Assembly: GCA_963799485.1 (NCBI GenBank)
Contig: CAWCXJ010000007.1
Span: 504,401 to 568,400 of the forward strand
Direction: 5' to 3'
DNA: 64,000 nt
Source of the DNA: an uncultured Trueperaceae bacterium
Lineage (GTDB): Bacteria > Deinococcota > Deinococci > Deinococcales > Trueperaceae
Each line of letters begins with the position of its first letter. Positions within the stretch are counted from its first letter, which is position 1. Made by a program: the position numbers and the translations under genes. The notes below the pieces were generated by a model. It was not told where the DNA came from. It did not search any database and saw only the letters and a program-made list of their open reading frames with translations. Shown one piece after another: positions 10,305 through 20,725 of the stretch.

Positions 10305-10847
10305 ATGACCCACGCACAAGACGACCACAAAGACGATTACGACGAAAAATATACCGACCCCGAGCTACGCCGAAAGCTCAAGGAAGAAATCCAGGCGTCG
10401 TCTAAAGGTGGCAAAAAAGGGCAGTGGTCGGCCCGTAAAAGCCAGCTTTTGGTTCATGAGTACGAAAAGCGCGGTGGTGGTTATAAAGGCGAAAAAGATG
10501 AAGCCGCGAAATCTTTAGAGTCGTGGACAAACGAAAACTGGCAGACGCAAGACGGCAGTGCTAGCGCCCGCCAAGATGACGGCAGCACGAAGCGCTACTT
10601 GCCCGAAAAAGCGTGGGACATGCTGAGCGACAAGGAGAAAAAAGAAGCGGAGCGCAAGAAAAAACGGGGAGACAAAGAAGGCAAGCAGTATGTAGAAAAC
10701 ACGGTAGAGGCCAAAGTTGCCCGTAAAAAAGCGCAGGCCGGAAATAAAACCAAAGCTGAGCTTATGGAGGAGGCAAAAAAGCAGGATATCAAGGGGCGCA
10801 GCAAGATGAACAAGAGGGAACTGGGGCGTGCCCTGGCTAAAAGTTAA
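10305..10847 (+). CDS. Hydrophilic protein (DUF5872-like) with C-terminal Rho-N-like domain
   Basis: GQWSARKSQLL, RYLPEKAW, KAELMEEAKKQDIKGRSKMNKREL; leaderless TAAACT-N6-ATG. Confidence 0.7.
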   Translation: MTHAQDDHKDDYDEKYTDPELRRKLKEEIQASSKGGKKGQWSARKSQLLVHEYEKRGGGYKGEKDEAAKSLESWTNENWQTQDGSASARQDDGSTKRYLPEKAWDMLSDKEKKEAERKKKRGDKEGKQYVENTVEAKVARKKAQAGNKTKAELMEEAKKQDIKGRSKMNKRELGRALAKS

Positions 10848-11362
10848 GCCTGCTCTTCGTTCCAGATAGTCCAGGTCGCGTCGTCAAGCGCAGCTAGCTG
10901 TTCGCGTGTCCAACCGCCCTGCCGTAAAAGGTTCATCACCTGTCCCCGGTGGTGCGAGTCGTGAACGATGGTGTGCTGCAAAAAATGTCCCGGGTGGCTT
11001 TTGTAGGCACCTTCAAACGAGCGGTTTTCGTCGAGCGCGTCCATAACTGCCTTCAATGCCGCTGCGTCTCCTGCTGAAAACGCCTGCTTGATTTCGTCCA
11101 AGTTTTGCGTCGTCAGGTCAAAGTTTTTCCGGTCGCCTTCGACAACTGAAGGAATATTTTCTGCGTGCGGGGGTGAAATAAACCGCAGCCAGTTATAGCG
11201 AAACTCTGCCAGATGGCCTAGATGCTGACCTATATTCCAGCCGCCTTGCCCGTCTGAAACCCTTAAGTCTGATTCAGTAACCGTGCTTAATACAACGTCG
11301 TTGACACGCCCATTGCGGCTAAAAGACTCGAGCAACAAACCAAGATTGGTATTCTGGGCCAT
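10844..11362 (-). CDS. DinB family protein
   Basis: HLGHLAE and HDSHHRGQ His motifs; GGAG RBS. Confidence 0.85.
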   Translation of the reverse strand: MAQNTNLGLLLESFSRNGRVNDVVLSTVTESDLRVSDGQGGWNIGQHLGHLAEFRYNWLRFISPPHAENIPSVVEGDRKNFDLTTQNLDEIKQAFSAGDAAALKAVMDALDENRSFEGAYKSHPGHFLQHTIVHDSHHRGQVMNLLRQGGWTREQLAALDDATWTIWNEEQA

Positions 11363-11378
11363 CTTTCACTCCTTGATG

Positions 11379-11600
11379 CTACTCGAGCAGCGGCACCCGG
11401 CGCTCGAACAACTGCCCCTGTTCGTCAACCTCGACTTCCCAAACCGCTAAGTCGGGGCGGAGTTCGTAGGCGAGGGCCTCGAGCCGCGCCGCGAACTCAC
11501 TGTCCCACTCACGCTGTGCTACCAGCCGTTCGACGAACCGCTCCGGAGCCGAACCGCCGAGCGCGTAGCTGAGCACTTCCCTGAGATCGCTCCGGGTCAC
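11379..11600 (-). CDS. Small hypothetical protein downstream of recA
   Basis: Tightly coupled between recA and the DinB gene; plausible codon use. Confidence 0.6.
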   Translation of the reverse strand: MTRSDLREVLSYALGGSAPERFVERLVAQREWDSEFAARLEALAYELRPDLAVWEVEVDEQGQLFERRVPLLE

Positions 11601-11601
11601 G

Positions 11602-12678
11602 TCAGCCTAGATCGCCAAACGCACCTTGCGGCGCGTCGTCGCGAGGTTCTTCGGCTACCTTAGCCCCCCCCACCACGTCGACGACCCGTTGCCGAATGGT
11701 GTCAATCAGCCCGGGCTGGTCTTGCAGATACGCGGAAGCTTTTTCCTTGCCTTGCCCGATGGTCACCCCGTCGTACTTGTAAAACGAGCCCGACTTCTGG
11801 ATGATGTCTAGGTCGCTGGCAATGTTGATCAAATCCCCTACCTTGTCGATGCCGCGCCCGAACATGATCTCGACCTCGGCTTCCTTAAACGGCGGCGCCA
11901 CCTTGTTCTTGGTCACCTTGATGCGCGTCTGATTGCCCACCTTGTCGGTTCCCGACTTGACGTCGCCTTTACGCCGGACTTCCATCCGGATCGACGAGTA
12001 GAACTTGAGTGCCCGTCCCCCCGGCGTGGTTTCGGGGTTGCCGTACATCACGCCGATCTTCTCCCGAATCTGGTTGATGAATATCGCGGTGGTGTGACTC
12101 TTCGATAACACACCGGTCAGCTTCCTGAGCGCTTGACTCATCAAGCGGGCTTGTAACCCTACATGCGTGTCGCCCATCTCGCCTTCGATTTCAGCGCGTG
12201 GGACCAAGGCGGCGACACTATCGACGACGATGACGTCGACGGCACCCGAACGAACCAGCAACTCGGTAATCTCCAACGCTTGCTCGCCGGTGTCGGGTTG
12301 CGAGACCAACAGCTCGTCGGTATCGACGCCCAAGGCTTTGGCGTACCCGGGGTCTAAGGCGTGTTCGGCGTCGACGAAGGCGGCTACGCCACCCGCCCGC
12401 TGCGCCTCGGCGATGATATGCAGACTTAGCGTCGTTTTACCGCCGGACTCGGGGCCGTAAACTTCGATGATGCGGCCGCGCGGGACGCCGCCGATACCGA
12501 GTGCCAGATCGACCGACATCGAACCCGTGGAGATAACCCCCTGGGTCAAGATGCCCAAATCGTCGCCCAAACGCATGATCGCGCCTTTGCCGAACTGTTT
12601 CTCGATCTGGGTGAGCGTGGTCTCGAGGCTTTTGCGCCGCTGCGGGTTCATACCTTCAGGGGTTGGTGATGTACTCAT
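11602..12678 (-). CDS. recA: Recombinase RecA
   Basis: [47 protein letters not shown]. Confidence 0.99.
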   Translation of the reverse strand: MSTSPTPEGMNPQRRKSLETTLTQIEKQFGKGAIMRLGDDLGILTQGVISTGSMSVDLALGIGGVPRGRIIEVYGPESGGKTTLSLHIIAEAQRAGGVAAFVDAEHALDPGYAKALGVDTDELLVSQPDTGEQALEITELLVRSGAVDVIVVDSVAALVPRAEIEGEMGDTHVGLQARLMSQALRKLTGVLSKSHTTAIFINQIREKIGVMYGNPETTPGGRALKFYSSIRMEVRRKGDVKSGTDKVGNQTRIKVTKNKVAPPFKEAEVEIMFGRGIDKVGDLINIASDLDIIQKSGSFYKYDGVTIGQGKEKASAYLQDQPGLIDTIRQRVVDVVGGAKVAEEPRDDAPQGAFGDLG

Positions 12679-12683
12679 AACGC

Positions 12684-12712
12684 AGCTTACCTTAATTGAT
12701 TAGGTAATGCAA
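12684..12712 (-). promoter_or_regulatory. Predicted leaderless recA promoter overlapped by an imperfect palindrome
   Basis: -35 TTGCAT (12712-12707), 17-nt spacer, -10 TAAGCT (12689-12684), 5 nt to ATG; TTACCT-N9-AGGTAA at 12687-12707. Confidence 0.6.
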
Positions 12713-13175
12713 GCGAAAAAGGACATCTCTCAGGCGACGTCCTCCCCGCTGTACTGGTTTGTGCGAACACGGCGGTGGCGGCGTTTAAGGCCACGATTTT
12801 TTTACCCTGGCGCGGGACTTCGTGCCGACAAAAACTATAAACGCTAGCGCCTTCTCGTGAACGACCCGCCTGTGAACCTGAATACCCGTAGCGTATGAAG
12901 CCTGTTTTACGGCGTTTTCGACCGGTACCGGTGGTTGTGTGTAGGCCCGGTTGCAGCTGCAGCTCGGCAAGTACCGGGTAAAATTGAGCGTCGCCGTAAA
13001 AACCTTCACGCCCGGTAGTAGGAAGTGTCGGTGACCACTTTTCTCGAGCTCCAAAACTCGTTTACGGTTTTAGAGACATACGGTTTTTGAGACGTACTGA
13101 GATAAGTAGACCCGGAGACAGCATAGCTAAAATATAGCTAAAACGTTCAGGCCGCGACCGGGGTAGGCTGAAGCT

Positions 13176-14213
13176 GTGCCCGACCTTGAACCTGCAACCG
13201 ACTTTGAACACACGACAATGACCTTTTTGGAAAGTTCCGGCGGGCCCCTCTTGCCGTGGCGACGGTTTGTTTTTCCTGTCCCGTGGGACGCTCAGTTTAG
13301 TGCCGCCGGGCCGCTGCACCTGGAAATCGGTTTTGGGGATGGGCGCTACACCGTCCGGCGCGCACAAGACGCTCCGAATGAGCGTTTCGTCGGCCTCGAG
13401 ATTTCCTCGGCGAGTTTGCAGCGGGGGCTCAGCAACGTGCGTAAACGCGACCTGCATAACGTCAAGCTGCTTAAAGTCGGGGCCGGGTTCGCGGTGCAGC
13501 AGTTGTTCGGGCCGCACACCCTGGCGAGCGTTACCGTCAATTTTCCCGACCCGTGGCCCAAAGAGCGGCACGAAAAAAACCGTTTGCTGCAAGCGGACTT
13601 TTTCAAGCTGGCGGCGAGCCGTTTGGTGTCCGGGGGCGCAGTGCTGCTAGCGACCGACCACCCGGATTATCTGGCGTTCGCTTGCGCCGAAGCGGAGCGC
13701 ACCGGGTTGTTCGGGCTCGAGACCACCGACCCACCTGCCGCCGTGTTCGAGACCAAATACGCGCTCAAATGGAAAACGCTGGGCAAGCCTTTGTTTTACC
13801 GAGTATTTCGCTACAGCGGTGCGCCCACACCCGACTACCCTGTTTTAGAAAGAGAAAAAACCATGCCTCACGCCCTACTGTCCGGTCAGTTGCCGCCGAG
13901 TTTAACATTTAGCAAACAGGTCACGCCCTACGCGGGTGGGCACGTGATCTTGCACGAGGTGCTGCAGAGTTTCGACTCGGAGGTCGGCTCGAGCGGTGAA
14001 AAGTGGCTCGTCCGGGCGACGATTGAAGAACCCGAGTTGCGCCAGCAGGTTCTGGTGAGTGTGCGGGCGCGGGGCGCGGGCGGGCTGATTGTGGGGCTCG
14101 AGCCTTTCGGCGATCCGGTCGTTACGCCGGTTGTGCGGGGCGCGGTTCACGCCGTTACCGAGTGGCTTTTGACGCTGCCTGCAAACCTGAGAGTCGAAAC
14201 GCGGTCGTATTGA
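13176..14213 (+). CDS. trmB: tRNA (guanine-N7)-methyltransferase with C-terminal extension
   Basis: LEIGFGDG, NFPDPWPKERHEKNRL, ATDHPDY, TKYA. Confidence 0.93.
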   Translation: MPDLEPATDFEHTTMTFLESSGGPLLPWRRFVFPVPWDAQFSAAGPLHLEIGFGDGRYTVRRAQDAPNERFVGLEISSASLQRGLSNVRKRDLHNVKLLKVGAGFAVQQLFGPHTLASVTVNFPDPWPKERHEKNRLLQADFFKLAASRLVSGGAVLLATDHPDYLAFACAEAERTGLFGLETTDPPAAVFETKYALKWKTLGKPLFYRVFRYSGAPTPDYPVLEREKTMPHALLSGQLPPSLTFSKQVTPYAGGHVILHEVLQSFDSEVGSSGEKWLVRATIEEPELRQQVLVSVRARGAGGLIVGLEPFGDPVVTPVVRGAVHAVTEWLLTLPANLRVETRSY

Positions 14214-14536
14214 CCGGGGTTTGTCGCTACTGACGTTCATCAAGACTTTCGTGTCACCGGTTTTGTACGCTCTTCGTGCCCCGAGTCGCCGTAACCGAAC
14301 ATGATGACGTCTTGATGCCGAGCAGTTCGGCTGAGCGGTGCAGCTCCTCGGTGCGTAAAATCGCAAGTTCTTCGGGGCCGCTGACGTTATAGTTTGGGGT
14401 CGGTTACTTTGCCTGCGTTACCCTTGGTCGCGCACCCCAAGGCGACGCTGACGCCTAGGTCGGCGTAGAATGCCGTGCCGCCACAAAAGACTTCATCGTC
14501 GGGATGGGCAAAGACGACCAGGGGCGAGGGGGTCAT
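14214..14536 (-). pseudogene. PIG-L family deacetylase (BshB/MshB-like) remnant
   Basis: Manual translation MTPSPLVVFAHPDDEVFCGG...ATKGNAG followed by a stop; other frames give LRTEELHRSAELLGI and FGYGDSG. Confidence 0.8.
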
Positions 14537-14688
14537 AAACCTACCAAACCACGCCACTCCGCTGTGAGCCGCGCCGCTGAAGGCTTTACGCCGAGAAAGC
14601 CCTTATGCTACACTTTCGTTAATTCAGCTTACACCCGCGTCCGGAGCCCCTCAGGGTCTAATCAACCGGTGCGCACTTGGAGGAAAAG

Positions 14689-15786
14689 ATGGCAGAAGTA
14701 GTGCTCGACCACATCTACAAGCGCTACGGCCCGGTGACGGTCGTAAAAGACTTCAACCTCGAGATTAAAGACGAAGAGTTTATGGTCTTCGTCGGGCCGT
14801 CGGGTTGCGGCAAAACGACGACCCTCCGGATGATCGCAGGCCTTGAAGAGATCAGCGACGGTACGCTCCGTATCGGCGACCGCGTTGTCAACGACGTACC
14901 GCCTAAAGACCGCGACATCGCCATGGTGTTTCAAAACTACGCACTCTACCCGCATATGAACGTCGAGCAAAACATGTCGTTTGGTCTGCGCCTGCGTAAA
15001 ACGCCAAAACAAGACATTACCCGGCGCGTCAACGATGCCGCCAAAATCCTGCAGATCGAACACCTCTTGCAGCGCCGCCCGCGCGAGCTTTCCGGGGGTC
15101 AGCGGCAACGCGTCGCCTTAGGTCGGGCTATCGTCCGCGAGCCGAAAGTGTTCTTGATGGACGAGCCGCTCTCGAACCTGGACGCCAAACTCCGCGTCGA
15201 GATGCGCGCGTCGATTACCAAGCTGCACCGTCGTTTGGGCGTTACGACTGTTTACGTGACGCACGACCAGGTTGAGGCGATGACGATGGGAACGCGCATC
15301 GTGGTGATGAAAGACGGTCTCATCCAGCAGGTCGATTCGCCCATCAACCTCTACGAAAAACCCAAGAACAAGTTCGTTGCCGGCTTTATGGGTTCGCCCG
15401 CAATGAACTTTTTGGTCGGCACGGCGCAGGGCGACAAGATCACCAGCCCGAGCTTTAGTGTCAAGCCCGACGCCGAACTCGCGCAAAAACTGCAGCGCGT
15501 CAGCGGTCAGAAAGTCTACTTCGGGATTCGCCCGGAAGACCTCGGATTGCGCGGTGTCGACGCCATCCCTGAAGCCGAGAACATCATCAAAGCGACTGTC
15601 GAAGTCGTTGAACCGCTCGGCGCAGAAACGCAGATCATCACCTCGGTCGATGGTGACCAGAGCCTCGTCGCCCGCATCGACGCGCACGCCCGCGTCAGCC
15701 CCGGCGACCAGATCGAACTCTTGGCCGACCCCAAAAAGATGCACGCCTTTACGCTCGAGAGCGAAGACAACATCCGCTTCTCCTAA
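14689..15786 (+). CDS. Sugar ABC transporter ATP-binding protein (MalK/MsmK/UgpC family)
   Basis: GPSGCGKTT, VFQNYALYPHM, LSGGQRQR, DEPLSNLD; GGAGG RBS before ATG 14689. Confidence 0.95.
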   Translation: MAEVVLDHIYKRYGPVTVVKDFNLEIKDEEFMVFVGPSGCGKTTTLRMIAGLEEISDGTLRIGDRVVNDVPPKDRDIAMVFQNYALYPHMNVEQNMSFGLRLRKTPKQDITRRVNDAAKILQIEHLLQRRPRELSGGQRQRVALGRAIVREPKVFLMDEPLSNLDAKLRVEMRASITKLHRRLGVTTVYVTHDQVEAMTMGTRIVVMKDGLIQQVDSPINLYEKPKNKFVAGFMGSPAMNFLVGTAQGDKITSPSFSVKPDAELAQKLQRVSGQKVYFGIRPEDLGLRGVDAIPEAENIIKATVEVVEPLGAETQIITSVDGDQSLVARIDAHARVSPGDQIELLADPKKMHAFTLESEDNIRFS

Positions 15787-15802
15787 AGTTGGCCTTACAG
15801 GT

Positions 15803-15837
15803 AAAGCGCCCGGCTTTTCAGCCGGGCGCTTTTTTTT
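15803..15837 (+). terminator. Intrinsic terminator
   Basis: AAAGCGCCCGGC-tttca-GCCGGGCGCTTTTTTTT. Confidence 0.9.
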
Positions 15838-15979
15838 GGTAACGCCATAACGGTTTCAGGTACAGCACTTTCGCAGCTGGAAACCAAGGTATCGTCCCAA
15901 AAGTGCTTACCAAAAAGCGATTTTGTGTTGCGCGTGTGAGAAAGGGTGCCCCAGTGGGGCGTAGCCGGGCAAGTCCAGG

Positions 15980-16222
15980 TCAATCCAGACCAAGCTCGAG
16001 CAATATTTCTTTTTCCGAATAGGTTTGTGGCGCTTTCGACGCCGATGATTTTACAACCCCGGTTTTCGGCCTTTGCGAAAGGGTGCGGTTGGCTTTGGCG
16101 CGTTCGGCGAGGTAGGTGTTGATATCATCTAAGTCTCTGGTGGTAAGCGCGGAAAGTTCTCCTTCGCAGAGTTCCCGGCGCATCAGACGTTGGATAAAAG
16201 AGGTAATCTCCGGCGTTGTCAT
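15980..16222 (-). CDS. Hypothetical protein
   Basis: 80-aa ORF with TAGTAT-N5-ATG leaderless signature. Confidence 0.6.
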   Translation of the reverse strand: MTTPEITSFIQRLMRRELCEGELSALTTRDLDDINTYLAERAKANRTLSQRPKTGVVKSSASKAPQTYSEKEILLELGLD

Positions 16223-16328
16223 ACGCTATACTAAGGACTTTACGCGCCGCTCGCATGGGCCGTTAGACCGGCCTCGTTTACGCCGAAAGGTCTAGACCTT
16301 TGCCCTTGGCGGGTACAGGGCCAAAGGC

Positions 16329-16556
16329 CTAGTCCTCTGTGTAACGGCGAATTTCTTCGTCCTCGAGGTCTTGCTCGAAGTCGGTATCGCCGGGGTATAC
16401 AGCCTCTTCGGAGGGTTCGTTCTCGAGGATTTCATCATCCACCGGTGTGCCAAACGTGTCGGGCGTATCGTCGGTCAAGAGCTCAGGCTTGATTTGCGCT
16501 TCTTCGTCGGGGACGAGTCCGCCTTCGAGGTCGGGATTGTGAGGATTATCCATCAC
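16329..16556 (-). CDS. Small acidic low-complexity protein
   Basis: D/E-rich; AAGGA RBS; hairpin downstream. Confidence 0.65.
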   Translation of the reverse strand: MMDNPHNPDLEGGLVPDEEAQIKPELLTDDTPDTFGTPVDDEILENEPSEEAVYPGDTDFEQDLEDEEIRRYTED

Positions 16557-16568
16557 GGTTCCTTTCGC

Positions 16569-16730
16569 TTACGCACTTTCAGGTTCGGTGTAATTGGTGT
16601 CGTCGCGTTCTAAAAACTCCTCTTCGGGGTCGGGGACGGTGCTGTCGCTCTCTAATTCGTCTTCTACCGGGTCGCGCTCGAGGTCGTCTACGTTGCCCGT
16701 AGCAATGTCGCGGTCGGTTTTATCGGTCAT
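16569..16730 (-). CDS. Small acidic low-complexity protein (MTDKTDRDI...)
   Basis: GAGGAGG RBS before ATG 16730; D/E-rich. Confidence 0.65.
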   Translation of the reverse strand: MTDKTDRDIATGNVDDLERDPVEDELESDSTVPDPEEEFLERDDTNYTEPESA

Positions 16731-16890
16731 GTTTGCCTCCTCAAACCATTGTAAATCACAAAACCGGTCGGCTTTGGTTACAAGGTTGGCTCCAAGCTTG
16801 GTTTGGGCGTCGATACCCGTGCACTGCAAACCAGGTCGAGAACCAGCCTTGATGCGCCTTGTCGTGTACTGCCTTTTTATGCACCAAGGT

Positions 16891-19686
16891 TTAGAAGTTA
16901 AACCCAAGCCTGAAGCCGAATACCCCGGTTGGATTTTTCGGGCTGATACCGTAATCGAAGCGTAAAGGCGGCAACGCCAAGCCCCCGCCAAACCCGATAT
17001 TGAGTTGTACAGCTACCCCGATACCCGGTAGGAGTGGAGCAAACAGGGTGCCGTTATCCAAATTGTCGGCGGCGGCGTAACCCAGGTCTATAAAGCCAAT
17101 CCCGACAATTGTCTGTGTAACCGCTGTCGAAAGTCCGAAATCGTAGCGGTATTCAGCGGTCGCCGCCGCATAGGTGTCCGACGGATTGATGTCTTCGCGT
17201 CGGTAGCCACGTATCTGCGTTGCCTGGTTGTTCGTGTCCCCGATGATAAACAGGCGGCTGTCCGGATACGCGGCACCGAACTGATGACCTGCATTTACGC
17301 GAAAGGCGAACACGTGGCTCCGGTTTTCAAAGGGGGTGAGGTAGGTACTCGCGCCGACCTCGAGCTGCTCGTAGGTGTAGCCCTGCTGCACGTCACCAGG
17401 ACTATAGTCGTTGCCGAAACCGATCCCGCCGCTGACGCTGACGCGGTAGCCTTGACGGGCAAACTCAGGGTTGTCGCGGGTGTCGTAGGCGACGGCTGAA
17501 CCGATAAAGCTCGAGAAGCCGCTCTGCGGCGCGTACAAGACCGCTTGCTCGTAAGGGAGTGAACAGCCGCTCGGCAGCGCCGCCGGGTCACAGACCTTAC
17601 CCGGAGGCTCGACAAAGTAGTCGCTTTGGGTAAAACGGGCTGAAACGTTCGCCGATAAGTTCGGCAAGATAGGCCGCCCGACGCTAAAACGAAACCCCGT
17701 ATCGCGCTGGGTGTATTCACCGATCAGGGCGCGCCCTTCGCAGTCGTTCGCGTCTGCAGCCGGCGTGTCACCGCCGCTGCCAAAGGGCACACAGCGGTTG
17801 CCACTGCTGCTCAAGGGTTGATTTTTCGTCGTGTCGCTAAAGAGTTCGGCGCTGACGCTCGTCGGCACCTCCTTAAAGTCGAGGAAATCAACGTCGAGCC
17901 AAGGAACCGTGTAAGAAATTCTGCCGCCGAGCAAAAAGCCCAAGTCGGACGTGCCGGCGTTGACCGAGGCGCTGGCGTTGTGCGCTAGACCGAACAAGTT
18001 GGTGTCGGCGACGGCAACGTCCGCCCCAAAACTCACCCCACCTTCGGTCGTCAGCTCTGCCGACGGCGTAATCGTGCGCGACGGCACCTCCTGTGCGATA
18101 AAACGGACGATGACCTGAGCCGGATTATCGGTCGGAATCAGCGCGTGTGAAATACGCGTACCAATCTGACCGAGTCGAACGATCTGCAGCGCGTTAAGCT
18201 GCAAGATGCCGCGCTCCACCTCGGCTTGGTTGTAGACGCTGCCGACTTCCGGCAAGTAACGGGTGATGACCCGATCTTTGGTACGCGGATTTTCAGTCTG
18301 CAGATCGACCTGATAGCCGGCGATTTTGACCTCGCGGAGACGCTGAAAGTAGGTGCCGTCCTTGAAGTCGAAGTTAGGCTCTTGCACGAGCAGGTAGCCT
18401 TCTTGCGCGTAAAACTCGGTAAGCCGCCGAAAGTCCTCGGTCGCAAGCGCCGAGGTAAAGGTTTCGCCTGCTTTAAGCGCTAACTGCAGTTTCAGCTCGG
18501 CGTCGGTAAAGACCGTATTACCTTCGATGTTGATGCGCTTAACCGGGCCGGCTGAATCTGGCGCGCCGGAGCTGAACACGACCGCGACGCCGCCGCCGAT
18601 GGGTTGCGCCTCGAGCCGAACGTCTTCACTTCTGCCCTGCGCGAGTCGCTGAACGTCGGCGAGGAGGGTGTCGTAGTTGTACAGATCGCCGGGTTGCAGC
18701 GAAAACTCTGCAGGGTCGATACCGACAGCTGTCGTATCGAGGCTTAAAATCTTCAGCTCGTTGATAACGACGTTTAGCGTCCCGTCTACCAAACTTGTCG
18801 CCGTCCGGTCGACCCCGCTGCCGCGAAAACCGAGCTGGCTGTAGGCGTCGGCGACGCCCTGCACCGCCCCTTGATAGGTGTCCAGACTAAACGTTTCAGC
18901 CGACGCGACGTTACGGAAAGTCGCCGTCAGTTCGTCTTCGGGAACGACGGTCGCACCGGCGAAGGTCACGGTGTCGAGGGGAGGCGTTTCGTTGACGGTA
19001 TAGATGAGGCGCACGGCGGCAGCGTCCTCGAGCGACACCGGGGGTGGAGCGGTATTTGTATCCGTAGCGGTGCTTACGTCAGGCGTGGCGGTGTCTGAGT
19101 CGGTAGCTGCTGCCGGTTCTGTGGCCTTAGCCGCAGCTACCGGACGCACGCTCAGCGTCACCGGAATCTGCCCCGGAAAGCCGATTTGCGGTGAGCTGTA
19201 GATCGATTGCAAGGTGCTGATCGCCTCTTGTGCGCGGGTCGTGTTGTAAACTTGCCCGGCACCGAGCAGGTTTTCCTGCAACAGGATTTGGCGAATCTGC
19301 GCCAGGTCGAGCCCGGTAATTCCGCGTAAAACTACCTCGCGAATCGGTGGGTTTTCCTTGACCCTGACGAACAACACCGGCCCGACGGGACGATTTTCGA
19401 TCGACAAGGAGACTTCGGAAAATGTTCCGGAGTTTAGAACACGGTTGCGCTCCGCCGGCAAGTCGATGTCGGACACGCGGGTACCGGCTCTCGCGGTGAG
19501 CCGGACACGCATCAGACTCTCCGTGGTGGGGTCGCTGATTCCTTCAAAGCGGATGTCGGCGAGGGCTGCGTCCGCCGGAACCGAGGTCACCTGCGCCTGC
19601 GGAGTAGCTGCCGGGGGCGCGGACTGGGCGGTGGCTAGGTTGAGGGAAAGAAAACACAAAAAAAGCGCGAGAAAGGGCCTGAACAT
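16891..19686 (-). CDS. bamA: Omp85/BamA family outer-membrane assembly protein
   Basis: Signal peptide, POTRA-like repeats (INIEGNTVF), IRGY motif, C-terminal FRLGFNF; start at ATG 19686 (TAGACT-N7). Confidence 0.85.
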   Translation of the reverse strand: MFRPFLALFLCFLSLNLATAQSAPPAATPQAQVTSVPADAALADIRFEGISDPTTESLMRVRLTARAGTRVSDIDLPAERNRVLNSGTFSEVSLSIENRPVGPVLFVRVKENPPIREVVLRGITGLDLAQIRQILLQENLLGAGQVYNTTRAQEAISTLQSIYSSPQIGFPGQIPVTLSVRPVAAAKATEPAAATDSDTATPDVSTATDTNTAPPPVSLEDAAAVRLIYTVNETPPLDTVTFAGATVVPEDELTATFRNVASAETFSLDTYQGAVQGVADAYSQLGFRGSGVDRTATSLVDGTLNVVINELKILSLDTTAVGIDPAEFSLQPGDLYNYDTLLADVQRLAQGRSEDVRLEAQPIGGGVAVVFSSGAPDSAGPVKRINIEGNTVFTDAELKLQLALKAGETFTSALATEDFRRLTEFYAQEGYLLVQEPNFDFKDGTYFQRLREVKIAGYQVDLQTENPRTKDRVITRYLPEVGSVYNQAEVERGILQLNALQIVRLGQIGTRISHALIPTDNPAQVIVRFIAQEVPSRTITPSAELTTEGGVSFGADVAVADTNLFGLAHNASASVNAGTSDLGFLLGGRISYTVPWLDVDFLDFKEVPTSVSAELFSDTTKNQPLSSSGNRCVPFGSGGDTPAADANDCEGRALIGEYTQRDTGFRFSVGRPILPNLSANVSARFTQSDYFVEPPGKVCDPAALPSGCSLPYEQAVLYAPQSGFSSFIGSAVAYDTRDNPEFARQGYRVSVSGGIGFGNDYSPGDVQQGYTYEQLEVGASTYLTPFENRSHVFAFRVNAGHQFGAAYPDSRLFIIGDTNNQATQIRGYRREDINPSDTYAAATAEYRYDFGLSTAVTQTIVGIGFIDLGYAAADNLDNGTLFAPLLPGIGVAVQLNIGFGGGLALPPLRFDYGISPKNPTGVFGFRLGFNF

Positions 19687-19857
19687 GGCGCTTAGTCTAA
19701 CCTTGAGCGGGGTGAGAACAGATGAAGCTTCCCTTGCCGCTTTCTTCATGTGTCCTGGCGCACCTGCACAGGCGTTCTTGCACAAGCGTTTGTGCACCTT
19801 AGGCGAACCACAGTGGATGAGCGACGTTTCATGATGCGGGTATGGAATGATGCGGAT

Positions 19858-20715
19858 ATGGAGTCAACTTACACCTCGCCCGATCAGACACCGAACAAAA
19901 AACCGAGCGCCGTTGTTGAGGCTGCACGCAGCATTGTCAGAGATACAACACCCCTCGAGCCCGACATTGCCCTGATTTTGGGTTCCGGCCTCGGCCCGTT
20001 AGCCGACGACATCGACGCCGACGCCGTGATTCCCTATAGCGACCTGCCCGGTTTCGCGCCGAGCACCGCGCCCGGTCACGCCGGAAAGCTCGTTTTAGGT
20101 ACCCTGGCAGGTCGCCGCGTCGTAGCGATGCAGGGGCGGCTTCACTTTTACGAGGGCATCACGGCGGCGCAAGCAGCCTTTCCGGTACGGCTGATGCACG
20201 CGCTCGGCGCACCTACACTCTTGGTCAGCAACGCTTGCGGCGGCCTCAACCCGAACTGGCACGCGGGCGAGCTGATGTTGCAACTCGACCTTATCAACTT
20301 CACCTTTGCCAATCCGCTTTTGGGCCCCAACGACCCGGACCTCGGCCCGCGTTTTCCTGTAACTTTTGACGCCTACGATCCGGAACTGCTTGCGCTGGCC
20401 CGTAAAACCGCCCGGGCCGAAGACATCTTGCTCCGTGAAGGCGTCTACCTCGCCGTAAGTGGTCCGAGCTACGCGACGCGGGCCGAACTGCGGATGTTCC
20501 GGGCGTGGGGCGCGGACACCATCGGGATGTCTACGGTTCACGAAGTTCTGGTGGCGCGGCACGAGGGGATGCGGGTCCTGGGGCTTTCGGTCGTTACCGA
20601 TATGGCGCTCCCGGACGGGGCCGCCCACGCCGACGAAAACGAAGTTCTGGAAACGGCGGCGGCGAGCGGCCCGACCTTCAGAAAACTCGTCAAGGCGCTC
20701 GTGCCCCGGCTTTGA
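19858..20715 (+). CDS. Purine-nucleoside phosphorylase (trimeric type)
   Basis: ILGSGLG, GHAG, QGRLHFYEG, SNACGG, GMSTVHE. Confidence 0.93.
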   Translation: MESTYTSPDQTPNKKPSAVVEAARSIVRDTTPLEPDIALILGSGLGPLADDIDADAVIPYSDLPGFAPSTAPGHAGKLVLGTLAGRRVVAMQGRLHFYEGITAAQAAFPVRLMHALGAPTLLVSNACGGLNPNWHAGELMLQLDLINFTFANPLLGPNDPDLGPRFPVTFDAYDPELLALARKTARAEDILLREGVYLAVSGPSYATRAELRMFRAWGADTIGMSTVHEVLVARHEGMRVLGLSVVTDMALPDGAAHADENEVLETAAASGPTFRKLVKALVPRL

Positions 20716-20725
20716 ACGTCACTGT

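Noticed and set aside
12687..12707. Canonical DdrO RDRM or LexA box at recA
   Set aside because: Length and half-sites do not fit the 17-bp RDRM or the LexA boxes I know.
12720..13170. ORF 12785-13054 or a ligT/CYTH-like remnant upstream of recA
   Set aside because: Looks like decayed coding sequence, but no convincing motif could be assembled.
19750..20725. Extended N-termini of bamA, PNP and yggS in the ORF track
   Set aside because: They overlap neighbouring genes; homology and promoter signals favour starts at 19686, 19858 and 20726.
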